DNA of 39,345 bases from an uncultured Candidatus Saccharibacteria bacterium (GTDB lineage Bacteria > Patescibacteriota > Minisyncoccia > Minisyncoccales > GWA2-38-27). The DNA is taken from assembly GCA_964408385.1 (NCBI GenBank), contig CAYOZF010000001.1, positions 6,003 through 45,347 on the forward strand. Reading direction: 5' to 3'. The notes under the pieces were generated by a model, which saw only the letters and a list, made by a program, of their open reading frames with translations, ran no database searches and was not told the origin of the DNA. A program made the translations under genes and the position numbers. Shown here piece after piece: positions 15,047 through 24,008 of this stretch; positions within the stretch are counted from its first letter, which is position 1; every line of letters starts with the position of its first letter.

Positions 15047-16049
15047 ATTCCCCAAATAAAGTTTTCGCCTCTTCCCAAATTTCAGGCTTATTCTGCTTTT
15101 CCTTCATCCAGTACATCCACTCAGCCCCCCATAAATAGTATTGCTCAAAGCCTACTTTCTTGGCAAACTCAATGTTTCTCTTAAACCTTTCCAAATTCAT
15201 TGATTTTTCCTGCTCTTCCAAAGACAAATCATAAATCAACTGGGGACCCCAGGGCTCGGCTTGAAGCTCAACACAGATTACTTCTTTGCCAAAAAGCAGC
15301 TTAATAAGACTAGCTTTGCGTCTGTAAAAAGTTGCTGGGAAAGGATAAGAGAAATAACTTTTTATCTCATTCATCCAGACCTTTTTGTACATAGTCACCC
15401 CGACAATATCCCCGTATTTGGCTGCTGAAAACCATAGAGGAAACTCCCCGCTTTCAGAAATTATTACTTCTCTGTTATCAAGAGACTTAACTAATTCAAT
15501 CTCTTTCTCTAAAAACTTTCTGTCTTTCCAAGGACATTGGCCAAAAGGAAAAAACGGCTCATTTTCTATCTGCCAGTATTTTATTGCTTTTGAATCTTTA
15601 TAGCGCAGAACTACCTGTTCCAAGAGCTTTAATATTTCCTCCTGCTGAACCTCTTTATCTAACTCTTTAGCCCATTCGGGCAAATGGCATTCAGGCCAGC
15701 CAATAGTCTTCATCCCTATAACCATTATTATCTCTGCTTGTTTTTTTTCTGCTTCCTGAATCTGCCAGTCCAGATCATTAAAATAATATTCTCCTCTTTT
15801 TCCTTCAATAAAATCCCAATAAGCTGCTATTTTAAGGCTCCTGGCGCCTAAATCATCTAAGATGGCAGTATATACCTTTCTCCAGTCCAGACCCAGTCTC
15901 TCAGCGTGTTTCTGGGAAAAGTTAACCCCCCAAGCAATATCTTCCCTTGGAGCTGAATAGCCGACAAAGAAATAAATAAAAATAATTAGGATTAGACCTA
16001 ATAAAATTAATAGAATCATTTTAATGTTTTTTTTAGTTTTTTTATTCAT
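15045..16049 (-). CDS. Membrane-anchored clan GH-A (TIM-barrel) glycoside-hydrolase-like protein
   Basis: 334 aa with an N-terminal TM helix. YWQIENEPFF is the acid/base NEP motif. CVELQAEPW is a plausible nucleophile strand. Confidence 0.55.
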   Translation of the reverse strand: MNKKTKKNIKMILLILLGLILIIFIYFFVGYSAPREDIAWGVNFSQKHAERLGLDWRKVYTAILDDLGARSLKIAAYWDFIEGKRGEYYFNDLDWQIQEAEKKQAEIIMVIGMKTIGWPECHLPEWAKELDKEVQQEEILKLLEQVVLRYKDSKAIKYWQIENEPFFPFGQCPWKDRKFLEKEIELVKSLDNREVIISESGEFPLWFSAAKYGDIVGVTMYKKVWMNEIKSYFSYPFPATFYRRKASLIKLLFGKEVICVELQAEPWGPQLIYDLSLEEQEKSMNLERFKRNIEFAKKVGFEQYYLWGAEWMYWMKEKQNKPEIWEEAKTLFGE

Positions 16050-16935
16050 AAGATAATATTATTAACCCTGATAGTATAAGTATTATAGCAAAAACTTTCT
16101 GAAAAATAATCTTTTTGGAAGTATCTTCTTTCAAAACCCTGTAAAACAACAGAGAAAGAATAAACAAGAACAAGTACTGGACTCCCTGAAGAGCAGAAAC
16201 AAAAGGCACGTAGACAACGCTGGCCAAGGCAATTGACCAGTTCTGGAGAACTACTGCTCCAGCTCCTATGGCCTGAACAAAAAGAAAAACAACTCCTGTT
16301 TTTTTGTTAAATGACTTTTTCTTCTCAAAGATCTCTTTTCTTACATCTTTAAAGAAAATCAAAGACAAAGCAATAACAAAAGCCCCTAATCTCATCCAGA
16401 TAAATCCCGGCCAGAACCCAAAATCAGAATAAACAATCTTTGAAATAATAAAACAAAAAGAGAAAAACAAAGCTGCTAAAGCTGCAAAAAACAGGCTTTT
16501 TAAGGAAAGATTAAAGGATTTGCCTCGGGAAACAAAAATACTTCCTAAAACTAATAAAGAAAAGGATAAAATCTTGCCGTAAGTAAAAAAGCCTTCCTGG
16601 GTTAGAAAAAAGAAAGCCAATAAAAAAGTAAAAATAGGTAGAAAAGCTCCTAAAGCTGGAATAATCCTGGAGACTTCAAACCTTTCCAAGCCAGCATAAA
16701 GGCTTAAAAGAGCTAGAATGAAAACCAAGCCGTATAAAAGAGAAAGCCCTATCTGGTATAAGCCTGGAATAGAGAAACCAACAAAAGGAAATAAAGCCAA
16801 AACAACAATGCTTAAGACTCCCACATAAAAAGCATAGGTTTTAGGATTGGGGGGTCCAACTAAAAGATACTTATCTCCAAGAGAAGAAAGGGCAAAAAGG
16901 AAATAGGCTAAAATAGCGACAATTAACCAAAGCAT
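16042..16935 (-). CDS. Polytopic membrane protein, EamA/DMT-superfamily-like
   Basis: 297 aa with about 10 predicted TM helices in two halves. Overlaps both neighbouring genes. Confidence 0.5.
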   Translation of the reverse strand: MLWLIVAILAYFLFALSSLGDKYLLVGPPNPKTYAFYVGVLSIVVLALFPFVGFSIPGLYQIGLSLLYGLVFILALLSLYAGLERFEVSRIIPALGAFLPIFTFLLAFFFLTQEGFFTYGKILSFSLLVLGSIFVSRGKSFNLSLKSLFFAALAALFFSFCFIISKIVYSDFGFWPGFIWMRLGAFVIALSLIFFKDVRKEIFEKKKSFNKKTGVVFLFVQAIGAGAVVLQNWSIALASVVYVPFVSALQGVQYLFLFILSLLFYRVLKEDTSKKIIFQKVFAIILILSGLIILSYE

Positions 16936-18194
16936 ACTTTCTTAATGTTATAGACTCCTAATTTCTCTGCTTCAACAAAACCTTGCATTGCTGCTTCAGC
17001 CAGTCTTCCGCTCTGTAAATAATCAAAAAACCACTGATTAGTATACTTAGGATTCTCCTGCAAAGTAGCTGAACCAAGGGCTAAGAGCCATCTCTTGTTA
17101 AAATCCTCCTGAGAGCCAATAGTCGGAGCCATGATAATAGGAACACCCAGGCCGGTGTAAAAAGATAGCTCACTGGGCTTAGTCCATAAAGCATCCGTGG
17201 TTCTTAACCTCTCATTGAACTTTCTGAAATATTCGTGAATATTCTTATCAAAGATAATCTCTACTTTTTTATTCAAACCAAGCTCTCTTAAGTTTTCTTC
17301 AAAATACTGTTTAACTTCAGGCCTTATCCCAGCTACTAAAACAAACCTTAATTCTCCTTTTAATATTCTCTCTTTTAAACTATTAACAGCGCTCATAGCA
17401 ATCTCTTTCTGGGCTCCAGCTCCTCCTACAGCAAACATTATAGTTAGAACATGATTAGACTTCTTAGGCAAAGCACCCAAGCTACCCTTAACCAATATCT
17501 TGTATTTTTCAAAATACTCCTTTCTGGGATCTAGATTTAAAAGACGATGACCCATATCTTTTTTTACAATCTCCATCTTTTCTGTACCAATATTTTCTGT
17601 TGGTAGAGGAAAACCAGTCAAGAATATGTTTTTCTTCTTCACTCCATAAAGCTGCAAGCGGTTAGCAACCCAATTATCAGGAGCAAAATATTTTATTCTG
17701 CTTTTTGGAGGGTTCAAAGAAGCCCAGGCTCTGGCAATGTCAGCATCACAAACAACAGTATAAATATCTCCGGGATAATCAAAAGCCTCGGCCATAAAAG
17801 CCGGGGTAAAGAAAGTAGTTATTAAGGGTAAAGGATTTTTACTTAATTTAGATATTAAATGCCTGCCCCAGTCCTTTTTAATCAAAGAATAAATTGTTTT
17901 CAAACCGAAAGTAGGCCTAGACAAATCCCGGCGAGGATAAAAAGTAGGAATCTCCTGAAATTTGTTAAAAGCAGCAAAAGCTGCCTGTCCTATCAAAGGA
18001 ATCCTTTTAAATCTGGAAATAAACTCATAAAAACCTCTTGAAGACTCCCAGATTTTGCTGTCGCTCTCTGGAATGCCCTGATAATCATTAGCATTAATAA
18101 TGCCATCAGGCGCTAAATCTCTTAAAGGATAAGCTGTTCTCTGATGACCATAACCCATGTTAACTGAAATTATCCAGGCTTTGTTTTTCTTCAC
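16923..18194 (-). CDS. GT-B fold glycosyltransferase (MGDG-synthase/GT28-like)
   Basis: 423 aa with a GTG start. N-terminus KAWIISVNMGYGHQRTA resembles the G-G-G-H motif region of MGDG-synthase/MurG-like enzymes. The assignment is from memory only. Confidence 0.5.
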   Translation of the reverse strand: MKKNKAWIISVNMGYGHQRTAYPLRDLAPDGIINANDYQGIPESDSKIWESSRGFYEFISRFKRIPLIGQAAFAAFNKFQEIPTFYPRRDLSRPTFGLKTIYSLIKKDWGRHLISKLSKNPLPLITTFFTPAFMAEAFDYPGDIYTVVCDADIARAWASLNPPKSRIKYFAPDNWVANRLQLYGVKKKNIFLTGFPLPTENIGTEKMEIVKKDMGHRLLNLDPRKEYFEKYKILVKGSLGALPKKSNHVLTIMFAVGGAGAQKEIAMSAVNSLKERILKGELRFVLVAGIRPEVKQYFEENLRELGLNKKVEIIFDKNIHEYFRKFNERLRTTDALWTKPSELSFYTGLGVPIIMAPTIGSQEDFNKRWLLALGSATLQENPKYTNQWFFDYLQSGRLAEAAMQGFVEAEKLGVYNIKKVCFG

Positions 18195-18326
18195 CCTGTA
18201 GAAGAATTTCGATTAATTGCCTAAATATTCTCGAAATTCAGATTTAATTTGATTAATAACTTATACTTTATTATATCCCCGTAATTTTGTGTGTCTTCGG
18301 CACAGTATCGAAATTTCTCTACGGGG
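18194..18326 (-). promoter_or_regulatory. Structured 5' leader with mutually exclusive helices that can occlude the GTG start
   Basis: Segment A (18307-18326) pairs with segment C (18194-18213): 17 Watson-Crick pairs, 1 GU and 2 mismatches. Alternative local helices are CCCCGTA/TACGGGG and GAATTTCGA/TCGAAATTC. Confidence 0.45.
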
Positions 18327-18339
18327 TTCATATTCTTTT

Positions 18340-18368
18340 ATTATACCCTAGGTTTTTTCTCTATTCAA
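18340..18368 (-). promoter_or_regulatory. Promoter TTGAAT-17-TATAAT for the GT-B gene
   Basis: -35 at 18363-18368 and -10 at 18340-18345 on the minus strand. Confidence 0.6.
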
Positions 18369-18482
18369 CCTGTTAAAAACTTATAAATACTTGTTCCTAT
18401 ATAGCGGGAATATGACGATGTAATAAAAAAGCCCTTTGATATTATCGCAGAGCACATTTCTTGAGCTTTAAGATGTTACCCA

Positions 18483-18761
18483 TTAAGAAAGATCAACTCC
18501 TAGTTTCTCTTTAATAACTGCTTTAACTCTATTTAGGTCTTCTTTGATTGCCGCAAACTCGTCTTCAAGCTTAGTAACTATTTTAATAAATCCATCAACG
18601 GCATTGTAGGTCTCGTTAATCCTGCTTTTTAGATCTTTTCTTTCTTGTTCTGCTTCTTTTAAATCTTGTTTAATATTAACCAAATCAGATTTAACATTAG
18701 TTAAATCAAAATCCACCTTATCAAATCTTCTACTTAAATATTGTATTAATTCTTCATTCAT
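18483..18761 (-). CDS. Small coiled-coil protein, unknown function
   Basis: 92 aa with heptad-like charged/hydrophobic periodicity (DLVNIKQDLKEAEQERKDLKSRINE). It has its own promoter. Confidence 0.55.
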   Translation of the reverse strand: MNEELIQYLSRRFDKVDFDLTNVKSDLVNIKQDLKEAEQERKDLKSRINETYNAVDGFIKIVTKLEDEFAAIKEDLNRVKAVIKEKLGVDLS

Positions 18762-18790
18762 AATTTTTATAGATATTTTTGCCTACTTTC

Positions 18791-18818
18791 ATTTTACTCT
18801 TTCTTAAGGCCCTGTCAA
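18791..18818 (-). promoter_or_regulatory. Promoter TTGACA-16-TAAAAT for the coiled-coil gene
   Basis: -35 at 18813-18818 (abutting the comEC stop) and -10 at 18791-18796. Confidence 0.55.
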
Positions 18819-20159
18819 TTATCTTAAAAAGCTTAATTTTTGGCTCTCTTTTTTCTTTAGATAATAAATAAGAACAGCTAGAAAAAGATATAAAAAAATA
18901 AGCCAAATCCAATGGATATTGATAAATATGCTTGCCCAGGGCTGAGAGAAAATATCTATTATTTTTAATACATAAGTAAGTAATAACCAGCAGGGAAAAG
19001 ATAAAATTAATCCTAAAAAACTGGAAAATATTCCAGCAAGAGAAAACAAAAATCCAAATATCATAATCCCATAAACAACCGGAATAATCAAAACATTGGT
19101 TAAAAGAGCAACTAAAGATATTCTGCCAAAATTATATAGAAGAATAGGTAAAGTAAAAATATAAGCAGAAAGAGTCATAGCAATAATATCTCTTAGATAT
19201 TTGCTAATAAAAGATGGTTTCTTTTTAAAAAACTCGGACAAAAACATTATTCCCATAACGGCTAAAAATGATAACTGGAAACCAATATCATAAAAAAGAA
19301 GCAAAGGATTGATAACCAGCATAATACCAGCTGTTATTATTATAGCCCTGAAGCTTAAAGACCTTCTTCCTGTTTTTCTGGCTAAAAGCAGCAAACCAGC
19401 CATAATTCCTGCCCTGACCCCAGAACTCTGGAAACCAGTCAGAGTAATAAAAAGAAAGATAATAACCAAAGAGAGGTAAAAAGCCTGGTTTCTCCAGAAA
19501 CCAAGAGCTAATAACAAAGACATTATAATCGTGCTCAATATCAAGACATGCATTCCTGAAACAGCAGTAATATGACGAACTCCAGCTCTATTAAGCTTGT
19601 CTTTCAGCTCAGAAGACATTCTGTTCTTGTCCCCTAAAAGCATTGCTCCTAGAACAGAGCTTTGGGGAGGAGACAAAGCTTTGTAAATACTCTGCCTTAT
19701 TCTATCCTTAAAAAACAAAATTTCTGCGTAACCAGCAGAAATAAGATTATCATACTCTCCCCTATTTAATAATTTAACTTCTGGATAATAAACAACTGAA
19801 TAGATTCTATCTTTTTTCAAATAATTCTTGTAATTGAAATCTTCAAAAACAGCTGGAGTTTGCAGTTCACCTTTAATTTCTAATTCATCTCTATACTGGT
19901 ATTCTGGATAACGGGATACTGTTGCCAGAATCTTTCCTAAATCAGTTTCTAAAGTCAGCTTTATGTTTGTCTCTCTGACATCCGGCTCTTTAATAATCCT
20001 ACCAATTAAGACAACTTCTCCCGAATCATTGTGTTGTCTTAATTCTGAATCATTAAACCCTGATTCAAAGACTTGATACCTGTAAACAATTAGAACAAAC
20101 AGAATCAGGCAAAAGCTAAGATAGATTATCTTTGACTTGCCTTTTATCTTATCTTGCAA
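18819..20159 (-). CDS. comEC: ComEC/Rec2-family DNA-uptake channel (DUF4131 plus competence domain, no metallo-beta-lactamase domain)
   Basis: 446 aa. RHITAVSGMHVLILS motif, N-terminal OB-like region, many TM helices. The ORF ends before any HxHxDH domain. Confidence 0.8.
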   Translation of the reverse strand: MQDKIKGKSKIIYLSFCLILFVLIVYRYQVFESGFNDSELRQHNDSGEVVLIGRIIKEPDVRETNIKLTLETDLGKILATVSRYPEYQYRDELEIKGELQTPAVFEDFNYKNYLKKDRIYSVVYYPEVKLLNRGEYDNLISAGYAEILFFKDRIRQSIYKALSPPQSSVLGAMLLGDKNRMSSELKDKLNRAGVRHITAVSGMHVLILSTIIMSLLLALGFWRNQAFYLSLVIIFLFITLTGFQSSGVRAGIMAGLLLLARKTGRRSLSFRAIIITAGIMLVINPLLLFYDIGFQLSFLAVMGIMFLSEFFKKKPSFISKYLRDIIAMTLSAYIFTLPILLYNFGRISLVALLTNVLIIPVVYGIMIFGFLFSLAGIFSSFLGLILSFPCWLLLTYVLKIIDIFSQPWASIFINIHWIWLIFLYLFLAVLIYYLKKKESQKLSFLR

Positions 20160-20827
20160 ATCTTGAATAATGGAGAAATTACTTTTTTAATATCTATAAG
20201 ATAATTATCAGGATAAGGTTTTCTATTCTCAAACTTAGGATCAAGAGTTTTCTCTGGTCTAAAGTTCTGAAGATAGTATTTTTCAGCTCCTGATATCCAT
20301 TTAGCTATTTCCAGAATATCCTTTTTATCCAAAACACCAGGCACTACAGTAGTCCTGAATTCGTAATCAACTTTATTCTTCTTTAATATCTCAATGCTCT
20401 TATTAATCTTCTCGGGCTTTATTCCCAAAACCTTGAAATACTTTTCCCTGGGAAGTTTAATATCCATAGCTACATAATCTACTAAATCAATAACCTTTTC
20501 CAGCATTCTGGGATTAGAACCATTGGTATCAAGTTTGACCAAATAGCCTAATTTCTTAATCTTCTTAATAAAACTCGGGAGTTCTTTATTAATAGTCGGC
20601 TCTCCCCCGCAGATTACTATTCCTTCCAGCAAGTCCTGTCTTTCTTTTAAAAAGGAAAACAATTCTTTCTCTGTTATTTTGGGCTGTTTCTTAATCCTTT
20701 CCGGTAAGACAAGCTCTGAAGAATAACACCAGGGACACTTGAGATTGCAGCCTACAAGAAAAACCGTAGCAGCTAGCCTGCCCGGATAATCTATTAAGGT
20801 AAGTCTTTGTAAGCCCCCGATAATCAT
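20144..20827 (-). CDS. nrdG: Anaerobic ribonucleotide reductase activating protein (radical SAM)
   Basis: CNLKCPWC radical-SAM cluster motif. I place the start at MIIGGLQ (20827), which forms an ATGA overlap with the nrdD stop. The track start at 20884 lies inside nrdD. Confidence 0.85.
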   Translation of the reverse strand: MIIGGLQRLTLIDYPGRLAATVFLVGCNLKCPWCYSSELVLPERIKKQPKITEKELFSFLKERQDLLEGIVICGGEPTINKELPSFIKKIKKLGYLVKLDTNGSNPRMLEKVIDLVDYVAMDIKLPREKYFKVLGIKPEKINKSIEILKKNKVDYEFRTTVVPGVLDKKDILEIAKWISGAEKYYLQNFRPEKTLDPKFENRKPYPDNYLIDIKKVISPLFKICKIR

Positions 20828-22926
20828 GATTTTATCTTGAATTCTTTTCTCTCTTTGAACTCCTGCTTCTTGCCCGTATGCCACTGGCTTACTGGCCTGA
20901 TATATCCCACTATTCTGGAATAAACCTCACAAGGCTGTTCAATGGTGCACTTAGGACAATAGAAATGCTCTCCGGCTAAATAACCATGAGTTGGGCAGAT
21001 AGAAAAAGTGGGGGTTAGGGTAATATAAGGCAGGTGAAATTTCTCAAATACTTTCTTAACAATTGCCTTGGCTGATTCAGGGTCACTGATTTTCTCTCCC
21101 AAAAACAGGTGTAAAACCGTGCCACCTGTATAACGGCACTGTAATTCATCCTGGAGCTTCAAGGCCTGGAAAGCATCGTCAGTATAATCAACCGGGAGCT
21201 GAGAGGAATTAGTATAATAAGGAGCTTTCTTAGTGCCGGCAGTAATAATATCAGGATATTTCTCTCTATCGGCTTTTGCCTGCCGGTAGCTTGTTCCCTC
21301 TCCGGGAGTTGCTTCAAGATTATATAAATAGCCTGTTTCTTTCTGGTATTTTACCAACCTTTCTCTCATAAAATCCAATACTTCCAGAGCAAACTTTCTG
21401 CCCCGCTTAGAGCCGACATTCTCTCCCAAAAAATTCAGCAGGGACTCGTTCATGCCCATTAAGCCAATAGTTGAGAAATGATTCCCAAAATAGGAATTAC
21501 GTATTTTCTTGACTGACTCTAAATAGAACTTTGAATAAGGATAAAGCCCTTTTTCTATAAAATTATCTAAAGCCTTTCTTTTAATCTCCAGGCTCTCTTT
21601 GGCTAAATCCATTATCTTGCCCAACCTTTCAAAAAAATCCTTCTTGGTCTTGGAAAGATAGCCTACCCTGGACATATTTATAGTTACTACCCCAATACTT
21701 CCAGTAAGAGGGGCTGACCCAAACAAACCTCCTCCTCTCTTATATAATTCCTTATTAGATAATCTTAATCGACAACACATACTCCTAACATCCTCTGGAC
21801 TCATATCTGACTGAATAAAGTTCTGGAAATAATTGACTCCGTATTTTGCTGTTGCCTCCCATAAAGGCTCTAAAGCTGGATTATTCCATTCAAAATCCTT
21901 GGTAATAGAAACTGTTGGAATAGGAAAAGTAAAAGGCCTGCCCTTAGCATCCCCCTCCATTAAACCTTCATAAAAAGCCCTGATAAACATATCCATTTCC
22001 TCCTTGAACTCTCCATAAGTTTCTTCTTGTGGCTTGCCTCCGATAAGAACTGGCTGCTTGGCTAAAAAAGAAGGCGGTTTAATATCAAGAGTAACATTAA
22101 GGAATGGTGTTTGGAATCCAACTCTAGTCGGCACCATACAATTATATAAAAATTCCTGCATTGCCTGTTTAACTTGCTTATAAGTTAATCCGTCATAACG
22201 AATGAACGGAGCTAATAAAGTATCGAAATTAGAAACAGCTTGGGCACCAGCGCTTTCACCTTGAAGTGTATAGAAGAAATTAACCAATTGGCCTAAAGCG
22301 GTTCTTAAATGTTTTGGCGGACGACATTCTAATTTGCCCGGTACTCCTCTGAATCCTCTTTTCAGTAAATCATAAAGATCCCAGCCACAACAGTAAGTGC
22401 TAATACTTTCCAAGTCATGAATATGCATATCCTCGTCAAAACCTGCTTCTCTTACTTCTTTAGGATAAATCTTATTCAGCCAGTATTTCTTGGAAACATC
22501 AGAAATAGCATATTGGTTTAAGCCCTGAAGAGAAAAAGTCATGTTAGCGTTCTCATAAATCTGCCAGTCAAGCTCTTTAAGATACTTATCAATTCTTTCA
22601 CTGGACTCGTCAACAACTGCTACTGCCTCTCTAATTCTTCTTCTCTGCTCTCTGTAGAGAATATAGGCCCTGGCTGTATCAACTAATCCTTCCAAAATTA
22701 AAATCTCCTCAACAATATCCTGAATTTGTTCTACTTGAGGAGTTTCATCTTGTTTAAAGCGCCTGTTTAAAATATCAACCACTCTATTAGAAAGCCTTTT
22801 AGACTTTTTTCCATCACCCTGATCAGTAGCAGTTATCGCCTTAAAAATAGCATCGGTAATCTTAATCTGATCAAAGTCTACAACTGTCCCATCTCTCTTT
22901 TTGACCTTTTTAATCTTGTTTTTCAT
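20824..22926 (-). CDS. nrdD: Anaerobic ribonucleoside-triphosphate reductase (class III) with an N-terminal ATP-cone
   Basis: ATP-cone KVKKRDGTVVDFDQIKITDAI. C-terminal Zn ribbon CPTHG...CPKC. Glycyl-radical motif SRIVGYIRPV. Confidence 0.9.
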   Translation of the reverse strand: MKNKIKKVKKRDGTVVDFDQIKITDAIFKAITATDQGDGKKSKRLSNRVVDILNRRFKQDETPQVEQIQDIVEEILILEGLVDTARAYILYREQRRRIREAVAVVDESSERIDKYLKELDWQIYENANMTFSLQGLNQYAISDVSKKYWLNKIYPKEVREAGFDEDMHIHDLESISTYCCGWDLYDLLKRGFRGVPGKLECRPPKHLRTALGQLVNFFYTLQGESAGAQAVSNFDTLLAPFIRYDGLTYKQVKQAMQEFLYNCMVPTRVGFQTPFLNVTLDIKPPSFLAKQPVLIGGKPQEETYGEFKEEMDMFIRAFYEGLMEGDAKGRPFTFPIPTVSITKDFEWNNPALEPLWEATAKYGVNYFQNFIQSDMSPEDVRSMCCRLRLSNKELYKRGGGLFGSAPLTGSIGVVTINMSRVGYLSKTKKDFFERLGKIMDLAKESLEIKRKALDNFIEKGLYPYSKFYLESVKKIRNSYFGNHFSTIGLMGMNESLLNFLGENVGSKRGRKFALEVLDFMRERLVKYQKETGYLYNLEATPGEGTSYRQAKADREKYPDIITAGTKKAPYYTNSSQLPVDYTDDAFQALKLQDELQCRYTGGTVLHLFLGEKISDPESAKAIVKKVFEKFHLPYITLTPTFSICPTHGYLAGEHFYCPKCTIEQPCEVYSRIVGYIRPVSQWHTGKKQEFKERKEFKIKS

Positions 22927-22935
22927 AAAAAAATA

Positions 22936-23016
22936 AGAGTCAACCCCTCACAACTTTTTGTTATATTAATTCTTTTCAATATTTATTTTGAAAAGTGGTG
23001 AGGGGTCAATTACTCT
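22936..23016 (-). promoter_or_regulatory. Long imperfect hairpin filling the nrdD 5' leader
   Basis: CCCCTCAC-a-ACTTTT (22944-22958) pairs with AAAAGT-g-GTGAGGGG (22991-23005). Outer AGAGT arms are also complementary. On the mRNA the hairpin is followed by TATTTTTT and then the ATG. Confidence 0.5.
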
Positions 23017-23044
23017 ATTTTAACCTATGAGAAAACTAGGTCAA
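23017..23044 (-). promoter_or_regulatory. Promoter TTGACC-16-TAAAAT for nrdDG
   Basis: -35 at 23039-23044 and -10 at 23017-23022 on the minus strand. Confidence 0.55.
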
Positions 23045-23072
23045 GCCCGTTAAATTGTGGATAAGTCAGGAT

Positions 23073-24008
23073 TTAGAACCCAGTAGCAATAACTGTCACT
23101 TTTATCTCCCCTTTATTCAGTTTTTCATCCTGAATAGCTCCAAATATCACCCTGGCGTCTGCAGAAACCTCATGCATAATCAATTTGGCAGCCTCATCTA
23201 TCTCAGTCAAGCTTATATCCTTGCCCCCAGACACATTAAAGAGTACTCCTTTGGCTCCCCGGCAGGATAAATCCAAAAGAGGAGAGTTAAGAGCCTTGCC
23301 AGCTGCCTGTTTTGCCCTTTCCGGGCCTCTGGCTTTGCCTATTCCAAAAAGAGCTGAACCAGAGTTCTTCATAATTGCCCTGATATCAGCAAAATCAACA
23401 TTAATTATGCCTGGCAGGACTACCAAATCAGAAATGCCCTGGACAGCCTGCCTGAGAATTTCATCGCAAAACCAGAAAGCATTTAAAACTGTAACATTGT
23501 TATCTAAGACAGAAAGCAGTTTATTGTTAGAAATAACAATTAGAGCATCTACTTTTGTTTTAAGATTCCTCAAGCTGCTCTGGGCAATCTCCATCCGCTG
23601 AACGCCTTCAAAAGAAAAAGGCGTAGTAACTACTGCCAAAGTTAAAGCTCCTGATTTTTTAGCAACATCAGCTACAACTGCTGAAGCGCTTGAACCACAG
23701 CCTCCACCTAAACCGCAAGTGACAAAAACCATATCTGCACCAGATAAAACTTCTTTTATATCTTCTCTCTGCTCTTCAGCTGCCTGCTTCCCTATTTCAG
23801 GATTCATGCCTGTTCCTAGCCCCTTGGTCAGGTTTCTACCGATAAGGATTTTCTTATGAGCTCTTGTTTTCTGCAAATCCTGGGCATCAGCATTTACAGC
23901 AACCAATTCCACCCCTTTTATCCTGTATTTCATCATTCTGGAAACAACATTGCCTCCTGATCCTCCCACTCCAATTACTTTTATTAATATGTTTGAGCTT
24001 GATTTCAT
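23073..24008 (-). CDS. ftsZ: FtsZ core (no C-terminal linker or tail)
   Basis: GVGGSGGNVVSRM and GLGGGCGSSASAVVA (a variant of GGGTGTG). The ORF ends at VTVIATGF, which is the end of the globular core. Confidence 0.9.
   Translation of the reverse strand: MKSSSNILIKVIGVGGSGGNVVSRMMKYRIKGVELVAVNADAQDLQKTRAHKKILIGRNLTKGLGTGMNPEIGKQAAEEQREDIKEVLSGADMVFVTCGLGGGCGSSASAVVADVAKKSGALTLAVVTTPFSFEGVQRMEIAQSSLRNLKTKVDALIVISNNKLLSVLDNNVTVLNAFWFCDEILRQAVQGISDLVVLPGIINVDFADIRAIMKNSGSALFGIGKARGPERAKQAAGKALNSPLLDLSCRGAKGVLFNVSGGKDISLTEIDEAAKLIMHEVSADARVIFGAIQDEKLNKGEIKVTVIATGF

Noticed and set aside
22951-22995. AT-rich palindromes in the nrdD leader as possible NrdR boxes.
   Set aside because: By eye, neither CACAACTTTTTGTTAT nor TTTTCAATATTTATTTTGAAAA aligns acceptably to the remembered NrdR consensus (acaCwAtATaTwGtgt). 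No nrdR gene is present in the window.
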